Positions 54,686-63,437 are shown, numbered from the stretch's first letter. The stretch: 64,000 bases of DNA from an uncultured bacterium (GCA_937930175.1 CALGLP010000013.1:267764-331763), one strand, 5' to 3'. Numbers and translations: made by a program. Notes: generated from the letters alone by a model not told the origin.

Positions 54686-56143
54686 ATGAAGCTTTTATTT
54701 CTTACCCCACCGATTCAAGGCTGGGTTACCCATGGGTTACATAAGGCCCCGAATCAATATTACGCGCAGTTAGCGGCTTATATTCGCATGAAAGGCGTGG
54801 CAGAGGTGAGCGTTTTGGATGCCAAGGCCCTCGACCTTACTTATGATCAAATGATGGCACAAGTGAAAGAATCTGCGCCGGATGTGGTCATGATGGGGGA
54901 TATGCTGCACTCAACGGGCGGCTTGGCCATCGTTTGGCATTTTAATGAAAGTGCTCGTTTGATCAAACAAGCTTTGCCATTAACAAAGATTGTGTGCGGC
55001 GGGCTTTGGTATTCGGCCTACTATCAAGAAGAAATGAAACGAAGTCCTCAGATCGATTTTATTTTAAGCGGAGAAGGTGAGTTGACGCTAGAAGAGCTTC
55101 TTAGCAATCTGAAACATAAGACAAAAGAGTTCAAGGATATTGCTGGGCTTGTTTCGCGTGGCGACGATGGTGCGATTTGCGCCGGGCCTCATCGAGGATT
55201 GATTCCTGATTTAAATGTTCTCCCGATGCCAGCGTATGATCTTTTCCCTATGGATCAATATGTGGGGCACACGTATTGGAAACCTTTTGCGGAACTTATG
55301 ACGTCGCGCGGTTGTCCAGGCGGATGTAATTTTTGTTATGAGTGGAGCATGTATGATCCGCGTTTTAGTAAGACGGATTTTGTTTCTTGGAGAGGTTTTT
55401 CCGCGCAAAGAATTTGCAATGAGTTTGATCTTCTGGAAAAAACATACGGCGTCAAGGTCGTGGTGATTCAAGATGACGCCTTTAATGTGAGTAAGGATAA
55501 AGTAAGGCAATTTTGTGAAGAGAAAATAAAAAGGGGCAATCAGATCAAATGGATCTGTTTAGGTCGGGCAGATGATTGGGCCAATCAGCTCGATCTTGTT
55601 CCTTTGATGGCCAAAGCTGGATTTTTTATGGGGCTTGTGGGCATTGAAGTGTCATCGGATGAAGAACTTAAGAAGCTTGGTAAAGGTGTTACGTTGGCTC
55701 AAATTAAAAAGACGGTGGACACTTTTCGAGCCAACAATATTGCTACGGTGGGTACGGTTTTGATCGGGCTTGAGGATGATGATGAAGCGGCGATCAAGAA
55801 ACGCTTACAAGTCGCTGAAGAGATCGATCCTGATATTTTAGCGTTGGATTATGTGATCCCTGTTCCGGGTTCTCAGCCTTGGGGTAAGGCGATCGCTTAC
55901 GGATGGATTGATCCGCAAAAAATTAATTTAAAAGATTGGGATTTTCATCAACCTGTTATTCCGACCAAGCATCTTTCGATTCAAGACGTGGGGCGTTTGG
56001 GAAGCTGGTGCATGCGGGAATTTTATTCGAAGCCTGAGCGTATTCATCGGATCATGGATAGCGATTATGATCTATTAGCCAAATTGTGCGTGAAAGATTT
56101 TATGAGCAATATCGCAAAGTTCGAACAGCGTTCTTCGGCTTAA
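54686..56143 (+). CDS. B12-binding-domain radical SAM protein (class B radical SAM)
   Basis: N-terminal cobalamin-binding Rossmann-like region followed by CPGGCNFC (CxxxCxxC). Confidence 0.8.
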   Translation: MKLLFLTPPIQGWVTHGLHKAPNQYYAQLAAYIRMKGVAEVSVLDAKALDLTYDQMMAQVKESAPDVVMMGDMLHSTGGLAIVWHFNESARLIKQALPLTKIVCGGLWYSAYYQEEMKRSPQIDFILSGEGELTLEELLSNLKHKTKEFKDIAGLVSRGDDGAICAGPHRGLIPDLNVLPMPAYDLFPMDQYVGHTYWKPFAELMTSRGCPGGCNFCYEWSMYDPRFSKTDFVSWRGFSAQRICNEFDLLEKTYGVKVVVIQDDAFNVSKDKVRQFCEEKIKRGNQIKWICLGRADDWANQLDLVPLMAKAGFFMGLVGIEVSSDEELKKLGKGVTLAQIKKTVDTFRANNIATVGTVLIGLEDDDEAAIKKRLQVAEEIDPDILALDYVIPVPGSQPWGKAIAYGWIDPQKINLKDWDFHQPVIPTKHLSIQDVGRLGSWCMREFYSKPERIHRIMDSDYDLLAKLCVKDFMSNIAKFEQRSSA

Positions 56144-56196
56144 GCGATAAGTATTTCAGGAAATATTTATTTAACCATTTAATCACAGGAGGGCGC

Positions 56197-57117
56197 ATGT
56201 CTGGATTTATCTTCTTTTTGATCGTTGTTTTTGTTATATTTTTTATTTCTTCAACGAGCCAGGGGTCAAGGCGTAATCCTAATGTGATCGATATGGATTT
56301 TACGCAAGCTTTTTTTAGGAAAGGGCGCTTGGCGATTGTTCTCGTTGCCCTTGGGCTCATCTGTTTTGTTGTCCTTGTGCGTTGTGTTCGTGTTGTGCCA
56401 GCGGGTACGGTTGGCGTTTATGATATTTTTGGTAAAGTTTCTGCGGATGAACGAAAGCCAGGACTCAATTTTATTAACCCTTTTGCGAATTTAGTTTTGA
56501 TGAATGTGAAGACCGAGGAATTGACCGAAAACATGCCTGTTCCCTCCAAAGAGGGATTGTCCATTGCTTTAGATGTTTCGATTCTTTATCGTCTAGATCC
56601 TTCTAAGGCAAGTGATATTTATCAAAGCGTTGGTACTAACTACCGAGAGATCGTTGTTGTGCCCCAGTTCCGTTCAGCATGCCGAGGCGCGACGGTAGGT
56701 TATGAAGCTAAAGCTCTTTATACGTCTAATCGTGAAGAAATTTCACAAAAAATTCATAGCGAGCTTAAAGAAATGTTAGCTGAGCGTGGGGTTATTTTAG
56801 AAAAAGTTCTTCTTCGTTCTATTAAAATGCCTCCAACCGTGGCTAATGCCATTGAATTAAAGCTGAAATTTGAGCAAGAATCTGAACAAATGAAATTTGT
56901 TCTTCAGAAAGAAAGACAGGAAGCTGAACGTCGCGTGATCGAAGCTGAAGGGATCGCCAAGGCCCAGGAAATCATCAACAAGACTTTGACGCCCGCGTAT
57001 TTGCAATTAGAGGCGATCCAGGCGCAAAAGAAAATGGCGGAAAGCCCAAATCACACAACTGTTTATATTCCTTCGGGTGATAATGGTATCCCGCTGATTC
57101 GTAACATTGACAAATAG
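56197..57117 (+). CDS. SPFH/band-7 (prohibitin/stomatin-like) membrane protein
   Basis: N-terminal TM segment, an SPFH domain (VVPAGTVGVYDIFGK...), and a C-terminal coiled-coil. Confidence 0.8.
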   Translation: MSGFIFFLIVVFVIFFISSTSQGSRRNPNVIDMDFTQAFFRKGRLAIVLVALGLICFVVLVRCVRVVPAGTVGVYDIFGKVSADERKPGLNFINPFANLVLMNVKTEELTENMPVPSKEGLSIALDVSILYRLDPSKASDIYQSVGTNYREIVVVPQFRSACRGATVGYEAKALYTSNREEISQKIHSELKEMLAERGVILEKVLLRSIKMPPTVANAIELKLKFEQESEQMKFVLQKERQEAERRVIEAEGIAKAQEIINKTLTPAYLQLEAIQAQKKMAESPNHTTVYIPSGDNGIPLIRNIDK

Positions 57118-57134
57118 AAAGAGGGTTTTTTGTT

Positions 57135-57389
57135 ATGCAATGGGAAAAAACAACACAGCAGAAGTATGAACTGATGATTTCTAAAATTCCTTTGTTCCAT
57201 CGCGAGATCACCAAACAAGTTGTTCCTCTGAAAGCTGAGGAAAACGCCAAAGCGCGTGGGGCGTTGGCGATTGAAGAAGGCGATGTGGTTCAGGCTTTTT
57301 TAAGCGAAGTCCCTAAGGCTTTCTTCAGCATGATGATTCGCTTGATGGATGACGTGGGGCTTGATTATAAAAAAGAAATTAGAAAATAG
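57135..57389 (+). CDS. small protein with a PCP_red-like pattern (standalone domain related to the C-terminus of protochlorophyllide reductase subunit B), tentative
   Basis: WEKTTQQKYELMISKIPLFHREITKQVV...ARGALAIEEGDVVQAF resembles the PF08369 pattern (W.EEA...L..IP.F.R). Not verifiable here. Confidence 0.3.
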   Translation: MQWEKTTQQKYELMISKIPLFHREITKQVVPLKAEENAKARGALAIEEGDVVQAFLSEVPKAFFSMMIRLMDDVGLDYKKEIRK

Positions 57390-57391
57390 AA

Positions 57392-57485
57392 GGGAGAGGA
57401 TAGAAAGAAAAGGAAAGAAAATGGATTGAAGAATGGTTTTTTAATTCTTAATCGTTCATTTCTAACTTCTATTTTCTATCTTCGC
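57392..57485 (+). repeat. cargo-less inverted-repeat hairpin of the same family as the four-helix-bundle cassette arms (GAAGGGAGAGGATAGAAAGAAAAGG... / ...CATTTCTAACTTCTATTTTCTATCTTCGC)
   Basis: Purine-rich left arm and a CTTCTAACTTCT-containing right arm, with a small inner hairpin AAGAATGGTTTTTTAATTCTT. No ORF between the arms. Confidence 0.55.
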
Positions 57486-57499
57486 TACAAAGGTTCATT

Positions 57500-58498
57500 A
57501 TGAGCATTGCAATTATTGGCGCTGGTGCCATTGGATCTGTCGCAGCAGCTTTTCTTTCCAAAGCTGGCTTGGATGTTGTCTTGATTGGAAAAAAAGAACA
57601 GGTTGATTTTATTAATCAGCATGGGTTGACTGTCCGAGCTGTTCATGGAAGCGAGCATTTTAAAATTAGGGCCTTGCCGCATCTTGACAAGCCTTATGAT
57701 CTTGTTATTTTTACGGTCAAGACGCAGGATCTCGAAGACGCATATCATGCAAATCATGAATATTTAGATCATGGTCTTATTTTGACGAGCCAAAATGGTG
57801 TTCAGGCGGATAATATCTTGAGCTCCCATTTTGAGCGGGAAAAGATGTTTTCAAGTATTGTGATGTTTGGCGCAACGTATATCAATCCTGGTCAGGTGAT
57901 CTTTAATTTTGAAGGAAGCTGGATCATTGGAAAACCTTTCACGAATGTTGACCCTAAGACCCATGAGATCGCGGAGACCTTGGGGAAGGCTTTTCCCGTT
58001 GTTGTTTCAACCAATATCATGGGGATGAAGTGGCTTAAGCTTTTTGTGAATTTTAATAATTGTCTTTGCGCGGTGCTAGGGAAGTCGATGCAGGAAACAT
58101 TTGCGGATATGGATTTTTGTCGTGCGAGCATTATGCTTTTGAAAGAGGGCCTGGGCGTTGTTGAGCGGGCGCATATTGAACTGGTGTCGTTACCTGATTT
58201 TCCCGTTGATAGAATAGATGGGCTTGCGGCCATGCCGCTTGATCAAGCGGCGGCGATCATGCACAAAACATTGACATCGCTTAGCAAGGAACCGGTGTAT
58301 GGTTCAATTTTGCAAAGCGTGATGCGCAAGCGGACAAGTGAAATTGATTTTATCAACGGTGAGATTGTTCGTTTGTCCAGACAAATGCGCCAGGATGTGC
58401 CCCTCAATGAACGCATCGTGGATTTGGTGCATGAGGTTGAGCGGACAGGAAAATTTACAAGTGTTGAAGACGTGAAGAAGATTTTTAAGCTAGGATAA
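57500..58498 (+). CDS. 2-dehydropantoate 2-reductase family (ApbA/PanE-like NADPH oxidoreductase)
   Basis: N-terminal Rossmann motif IAIIGAGAIGS and ketopantoate-reductase family length and pattern. Could serve pantothenate synthesis or act as a ketoreductase in the cluster. Confidence 0.7.
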   Translation: MSIAIIGAGAIGSVAAAFLSKAGLDVVLIGKKEQVDFINQHGLTVRAVHGSEHFKIRALPHLDKPYDLVIFTVKTQDLEDAYHANHEYLDHGLILTSQNGVQADNILSSHFEREKMFSSIVMFGATYINPGQVIFNFEGSWIIGKPFTNVDPKTHEIAETLGKAFPVVVSTNIMGMKWLKLFVNFNNCLCAVLGKSMQETFADMDFCRASIMLLKEGLGVVERAHIELVSLPDFPVDRIDGLAAMPLDQAAAIMHKTLTSLSKEPVYGSILQSVMRKRTSEIDFINGEIVRLSRQMRQDVPLNERIVDLVHEVERTGKFTSVEDVKKIFKLG

Positions 58499-58502
58499 TG
58501 TG

Positions 58503-58580
58503 CATCGTGAAGCGTGAAGCCTGCTGTCGGCAGGCAAGAGTGAAGCGCGCGTTTCACGCAATACGAAATACGTTTCACGT
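58503..58580 (+). repeat. hairpin-forming repeat (CGTGAAGCGTGAAGC ... ATACGTTTCACG), related to 62512..62590
   Basis: Shares the CGTGAAGC(A/G)TGAAG and ATACGTTTCACG blocks with the element after the ACP gene. Confidence 0.55.
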
Positions 58581-59858
58581 ATGAAAGAAAGTTTACCCAT
58601 GAAAAAAAGACGAGTCGTAGTGACAGGAGTTGGGGTTGTGTCACCTAATGGTATTGGCAATGAAGCTTGCTGGAAGGGTATGATCAACGGCGTTTCCGGC
58701 GTCAAGCGCGTTACGGAGTTTGATGTGTCGATGTTCATGACCCAGGTGGCGGCGCAGGTCAGGGATTTTGATCCGCACAAGCTTGGACTAACGCACGATG
58801 AAGCCGTGCGTATGGATCGTTATGTTCAATTTGCTGTTGTTGCGGCGCGCATGGCGCTGGAAGATTCCAAGATGGATTTAAGTAAAGTCAATAAAGAGCG
58901 CATGGGGGTTTCGCTTGCCAATGCGATTTGTGGCACCAAATATATGGAAGAAGAGTTTGCGCTTGTGACCGACAGTGGCAAGGAAGCCATTGATCCGGCC
59001 AAGGTGCGACCGGATCTTTACGACGCGGCGATGTTTAATACGCCTTCGAGTGAGATTTCGGCGAAGTATGGCCTGAAAGGAATCTGCAATACGATTTCAA
59101 CGGGGTGTACGGCGGGGACCGATTCTGTCGGGTTTTCTTTTGAAACGATTCGCGATGGCGATATCGATATCATGATTACTGGTGCTTCCGAGGCACCGAT
59201 CACGCCCATTACATTTGGTGCTTTTGATGTGGTTAATGTTTTGGCTGTGCGCAATGATGAACCTGAAAAAGCCTCGAGGCCTTTTGATAATGAACGCAAT
59301 GGATTTGTTATTTCAGAAGGCTGCGGCATTTTGATCCTCGAAGAGCTTGAGCACGCCAAGGCGCGCGGGGCCAAGATCTATTGCGAGGTCATTGGTTTTG
59401 GAACAACGTGCAATGCCTATCACATGACGGATCTGCCATCTGATGGCGAACCGATGAAGGATTGTATTGTTTTGGCCATGGAAGATGCAGACATTAAGCC
59501 GCAAGATATTGATTATATTAATGCACATGGCTCGTCGACTAGACAAAATGATGTCTTTGAAACCAATGCCTATAAAATGGCGTTAGGGGATTGGGCGTAC
59601 AAGATTCCTATTAGCTCGCTCAAGTCTATGATCGGACACCCTCTAGCTGGCGCTAATGGTGTTGAGCTAGCGGTGGGTGCGTTGATTTTTGAACGTAACA
59701 TGTTGCCGCCAACCATTAATCAGGTGCATCCTGATCCGGCATGCGATTTGGATTATGTGCCCAATGTCGCGCGTCCTAAGGTTGTCAATTGTATGCTTAA
59801 AACTTCGAGTGGTTTTTCTGGAGTGCATTCGTCGATGGTATTAAGGAGGTATAAGTAA
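58581..59858 (+). CDS. beta-ketoacyl synthase (KS; FabF/KS-alpha-like, catalytic Cys-His-His intact)
   Basis: Active-site context ISTGCTAGTDSV and the His motifs INAHGSST and MIGHPLAGANG. Start may be the ATG at 58599. Confidence 0.85.
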   Translation: MKESLPMKKRRVVVTGVGVVSPNGIGNEACWKGMINGVSGVKRVTEFDVSMFMTQVAAQVRDFDPHKLGLTHDEAVRMDRYVQFAVVAARMALEDSKMDLSKVNKERMGVSLANAICGTKYMEEEFALVTDSGKEAIDPAKVRPDLYDAAMFNTPSSEISAKYGLKGICNTISTGCTAGTDSVGFSFETIRDGDIDIMITGASEAPITPITFGAFDVVNVLAVRNDEPEKASRPFDNERNGFVISEGCGILILEELEHAKARGAKIYCEVIGFGTTCNAYHMTDLPSDGEPMKDCIVLAMEDADIKPQDIDYINAHGSSTRQNDVFETNAYKMALGDWAYKIPISSLKSMIGHPLAGANGVELAVGALIFERNMLPPTINQVHPDPACDLDYVPNVARPKVVNCMLKTSSGFSGVHSSMVLRRYK

Positions 59859-59860
59859 AA

Positions 59861-59888
59861 ATGTGTTATGTGAGATGTGATATGTGAG
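59861..59888 (+). repeat. left arm of the inverted repeat flanking four-helix-bundle gene copy 4 (ATGTGTTATGTGAGATGTGATATGTGAG)
   Basis: Reverse-complementary (with a few mismatches) to 60316..60341 (CACCTGACACATATCACATGACACAT). Confidence 0.65.
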
Positions 59889-60285
59889 AGGCAAAGAAAA
59901 GACAGTGAGTGTGAATTATCATCTATATAATTTTGATTTTGAAAAGCTTGATGTGTATCAGGAAGCCTTAGATTTTGCGAATGATGTATTTAAAATTACG
60001 AATGGTTTTCGAAGAGAGATCCAGTATTCTTTGGGAGATCAATTTAGGAGAGCTGCGCTTTCCATCTGCAATAACATCGCTGAGGGAAGTCAGAAAACAA
60101 CCCGGGGGAGAAAACAGTTTTATCATTATGCCCTGGATTCTGCTAGGGAATGTATTCCGATGATCAGTTTGTCCTTAAAGCAAAAAGAGATCTCACCTGA
60201 TGTTGAGATGCAGTTAAGGGGAAGGTGCTTGAAGATTTGTAATATGGTCTATAGACTCATACGATCTGTCGATGACAAGGGTTGA
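59884..60285 (+). CDS. four-helix-bundle protein (TIGR02436 family), copy 4; inserted between the KS and CLF-like genes
   Basis: LDVYQEALDFANDVF...LGDQFRRAALSICNNIAEGSQK...ALDSAREC. Start codon uncertain (GTG at 59884 or 59911). Confidence 0.7.
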   Translation: MRGKEKTVSVNYHLYNFDFEKLDVYQEALDFANDVFKITNGFRREIQYSLGDQFRRAALSICNNIAEGSQKTTRGRKQFYHYALDSARECIPMISLSLKQKEISPDVEMQLRGRCLKICNMVYRLIRSVDDKG

Positions 60286-60315
60286 CATTCCGGGCGTTGA
60301 TTTTTGTTTTACATT

Positions 60316-60341
60316 TCACCTGACACATATCACATGACACA
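60316..60341 (+). repeat. right arm of the inverted repeat flanking copy 4
   Basis: See 59861..59888. Confidence 0.65.
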
Positions 60342-60361
60342 TTTTTAAGAAAGGTTTTTCA

Positions 60362-61612
60362 ATGAAGAAGATTGCTATTACAGGAATGGGCATTGTGTCC
60401 CCCAGCGGGATCGATGAAAGAAAATTTTGGGCCAATATTAGCCATGGCCGCTCAGCGGTTAAGAAAATAGAACGGTTTGATGCGTCAAAATATCCATCGC
60501 GTATCGCCGGACAAGTGCATGAGCTAGATGCTTATAGCAACGTATCGTCGAGACTTCTGAAGAAAATTGATGTTTTTTCGCATATGGCGCTTGTAGCTTC
60601 AGAAATTGCTATTCAAGACGCCAAGCTTGACATGGAAAAGGAAAATTTAAAACGCGCTGGTATTTTTGCCGGTAATGCGATTGGTGGTTGGCTCTACGCT
60701 GAAACAGAGCTACGCGATATGTATATCGAGGGGCGTGAGGGGGTTAGTCCTTTTATGGCCTCGGCATGGTTTCCTGCCGCGCCTCAGGGGCAGATTTCCA
60801 TTCATTATAAAATGAAAGGCTATAGCAAGACGATTGTCTCGGATCGCGCGAGTGCCTTGATGGCGATTGCTTATGGTGCGAAAAATCTTAACGATGGAAA
60901 AAATGATTTTATCTTGGCGGGGGGCATGGAGGCACCGGTGTCGCCGTATGGACTTTTGTGCTGCAATACGTCGGGTGTTCTCAGCAAGCGAAATGATGAC
61001 CCAGAGACTGCCTATCGTCCTTTTGATAAAACACGTGATGGTTTGGCTATTGCCGAAGGCGCCGGTATTCTTATACTAGAAAAGGAAGAACGTGCTAAAA
61101 AGCGTGGTGTGCCTATTAATGGATATATTATTGGCTATGGAACGACCACGGATGGCATTGATCGCATCGAACCGGCTAGTGATGGACTTCAGCTCGCGCG
61201 GGCGATTGAACTCGCCCTTGATGACGCAGAGCTTGAGCCTGGCCAGATTGATTATGTTTGTTTGGACGGTGTCGCGACACCGATTGGCGATATTTCGGAA
61301 ACGCGCGGTATCAAAAAGGCTTTTGGTGCGCATGCGAAAAAGATCCCTATGTCTGCGCCTAAGTCTGTTTTTGGTAATATGTTGGGAGCTTGTGGGGCTG
61401 TGGATGTTGCGGCGACCCTTTTAGCCATGGAGCATGCAACAGTTCCACCGACGATCAATTTGACGCATCCGGATCCTGATTGCGATTTGGATTATTGTCC
61501 TAATAAAGCGCAGAGCAAAGAAATCAAATATGCTCTTGTGATTAATCGCGGACGCGGCGGGATCAATTGTGTTTTAGTTTTAGAAAAGGCCAATGAAAAT
61601 GAATTTCTTTAA
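60362..61612 (+). CDS. ketosynthase-like protein lacking the catalytic triad (chain-length-factor / KS-beta-like)
   Basis: Full thiolase-fold KS length and a GxGxG N-terminus. Aligning with the upstream KS, the active-site Cys position is SDRASA, the first His motif is LDGVATPIG, and the second is GNMLGACGAV (His replaced by Asn). No C/H/H remains. Confidence 0.8.
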   Translation: MKKIAITGMGIVSPSGIDERKFWANISHGRSAVKKIERFDASKYPSRIAGQVHELDAYSNVSSRLLKKIDVFSHMALVASEIAIQDAKLDMEKENLKRAGIFAGNAIGGWLYAETELRDMYIEGREGVSPFMASAWFPAAPQGQISIHYKMKGYSKTIVSDRASALMAIAYGAKNLNDGKNDFILAGGMEAPVSPYGLLCCNTSGVLSKRNDDPETAYRPFDKTRDGLAIAEGAGILILEKEERAKKRGVPINGYIIGYGTTTDGIDRIEPASDGLQLARAIELALDDAELEPGQIDYVCLDGVATPIGDISETRGIKKAFGAHAKKIPMSAPKSVFGNMLGACGAVDVAATLLAMEHATVPPTINLTHPDPDCDLDYCPNKAQSKEIKYALVINRGRGGINCVLVLEKANENEFL

Positions 61613-61919
61613 TTTCAAGCGCAAGCATTGGATCACCGTGATTGTTTTTTTGATTGTGATGATTGGCGTGGTTGCGGGATTTGCTTGTTTTTTAGAAACG
61701 CAAATTCAGAAAACGCGTACAATCATGCGAGGCTATCTTATTCCTGAGCCTTTTAATGTGCCGGAGACCCGGGCAAATGCTCAGGCTCAGGATCCAGACA
61801 GGGAGGGGCGCTTGTCAAGACGAATGGATGTTGCTTCTCCAAAAGGTGCGTGTACGTCGTGCCATTATGGGGATATTGAAGAAATGTCCAAACCTTTGAT
61901 GAATGAAGAGCTGGAATGA
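61593..61919 (+). CDS. small membrane-anchored protein with a CxxCH motif (possible monoheme c-type cytochrome-like)
   Basis: One TM segment and CTSCH near the C-terminus. Overlaps the CLF-like gene by 20 nt. Confidence 0.4.
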   Translation: MKMNFFNFKRKHWITVIVFLIVMIGVVAGFACFLETQIQKTRTIMRGYLIPEPFNVPETRANAQAQDPDREGRLSRRMDVASPKGACTSCHYGDIEEMSKPLMNEELE

Positions 61920-61975
61920 GACCTCTTATTGGTGAGGCCGCCGGGGTCTTGACCCTCAGAAAGGATGAATAGTGT

Positions 61976-62248
61976 ATGAGTTCAAAAGCATTTATTTTTT
62001 TCACAGTTCTCTTTATTGTAGGCCTTGCTATTGTGGGTTGGTATTGTTTGGATAGGTATTATTTCATAGATCCATTTGGCATGCCAAAAGGCTCTGAATA
62101 TCTTTCGGGAGGAAACGTAGTTGTTGCTGAAGATCGTCAAAGTTGTGCAAATGAGAAGATCGCTCGAGACTTTCCGAGTTGGATAAGGGACAAGTCGTTG
62201 CGCATTTATAATTATATTGAAGGTCAAGTTAAAGTATTTTTTAAATAA
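61976..62248 (+). CDS. small membrane-anchored hypothetical protein
   Basis: 90 aa with one TM segment. Confidence 0.35.
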   Translation: MSSKAFIFFTVLFIVGLAIVGWYCLDRYYFIDPFGMPKGSEYLSGGNVVVAEDRQSCANEKIARDFPSWIRDKSLRIYNYIEGQVKVFFK

Positions 62249-62274
62249 TCTTAATAATAATTTGGAGGGTAAGC

Positions 62275-62511
62275 ATGAGCGTAGAAGAAAAAGTTAAAGG
62301 TATTTTTAAAGATGTTTTAGATATTGGGCCAGATGAGATTAAAGAAGATGTGAAGCTTGATGTCGCGCTTGGTATTGACTCAACGGAAATGGTGGAGATC
62401 ACGGTGGCTCTTAAAAAAGCGTTCAATTTGACGATCCCTAATAATCAATTTAAGAAAACGCAGACGTTTAATGAGCTTGTTGCGTTTATCAAGGCTCAAG
62501 GAGCGCAGTAG
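62275..62511 (+). CDS. acyl carrier protein
   Basis: 78 aa with the phosphopantetheine-attachment motif LGIDSTEMVE; GGAGGG RBS. Confidence 0.85.
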   Translation: MSVEEKVKGIFKDVLDIGPDEIKEDVKLDVALGIDSTEMVEITVALKKAFNLTIPNNQFKKTQTFNELVAFIKAQGAQ

Positions 62512-62590
62512 CGTATTTCGTCGATCGTGAAGCATGAAGTGATAAAAGTTTTTTAAAATACGTTTCACGCATAACGATTCACGAGTAAAA
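62512..62590 (+). repeat. hairpin-forming repeat related to 58503..58580
   Basis: CGTGAAGCATGAAG ... ATACGTTTCACGCATAACGATTCACG. Confidence 0.5.
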
Positions 62591-62603
62591 AAAGGATTTT
62601 ATT

Positions 62604-63407
62604 ATGAAAATTATTGATTTAAGTTTGCCGATTGACGATACCCTTGTCGAGACGCATGCGGCCAAGATTGAGCGCATCAGCCATGCCTATGGCGTGGAAC
62701 ATTTTAATGAAATCATGATGAGTAAAAAACCTAACGGCAAAGAACGCTTTGCCAAGGGCGAGCGCGTCGCGACCGCAGAGGAAATTCCCGATGGGGAATT
62801 GCTTTCTTTGGAGATTGTGAATTCTTCGGTGCATATGGGCACGCATGTGGATGCGCCATTTCACTATGGAAGTAAGTGCGCAGGCAAGCCCGCGAAGATG
62901 ATCGAGGATGTGCCCCTGGAGTGGTGCATCGGCCCTGGCGTTGTTCTTAATTTTACACATATGAAATTTCCGGATGTTATTAAAAAAGAAGACATTGTTG
63001 CCGCGCTTAAAAAAATTCATTACAAAATCAAACCGATGGACATTGTTTTGATTTACACTGGTGGTGATAAACTTCTTGGCAGCGATGACTACGTGAATAA
63101 GTATGTTGGCATGATGCCCGATGCCGTGGAGTATCTTTTGGATCAGGGCGTCAAGATGATGGGGGTTGATACCATTGGTTTGGACCGTCCGTGTTTTGGG
63201 ATGTTTAAAGAATTCTTGGATACTAAAGATAAGAATAAGATTTGGCCATCACATTTTCTTGGTCGTCGTCGGGAATTTTGCCACATGGAACGTATGGGCA
63301 ATCTGGGCGCGATCCCCAAACCGTTTGGGTTTATGGTGTCGTGCTTGCCTATTAAAGTTCGCCACGCAGGTGCTGGTTGGTGTAGAGCAATCGCGATGGT
63401 TGATTAA
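62604..63407 (+). CDS. putative cyclase family protein (kynurenine formamidase-like fold, PF04199)
   Basis: SVHMGTHVDAPFHY motif (the HxGTHxDxPxH metal site of the cyclase family). Confidence 0.75.
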   Translation: MKIIDLSLPIDDTLVETHAAKIERISHAYGVEHFNEIMMSKKPNGKERFAKGERVATAEEIPDGELLSLEIVNSSVHMGTHVDAPFHYGSKCAGKPAKMIEDVPLEWCIGPGVVLNFTHMKFPDVIKKEDIVAALKKIHYKIKPMDIVLIYTGGDKLLGSDDYVNKYVGMMPDAVEYLLDQGVKMMGVDTIGLDRPCFGMFKEFLDTKDKNKIWPSHFLGRRREFCHMERMGNLGAIPKPFGFMVSCLPIKVRHAGAGWCRAIAMVD

Positions 63408-63437
63408 CAATTTAAAATAATTTCTGGAGGTACTGAT

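Noticed and set aside
57500-58498. Calling this gene panE, as partner of the panB at the window start
   Set aside because: The ApbA/PanE family membership is clear, but the gene sits inside the biosynthetic-type cluster, 57 kb from panB. Its substrate (ketopantoate versus a cluster intermediate) cannot be decided from sequence, so the symbol is withheld.
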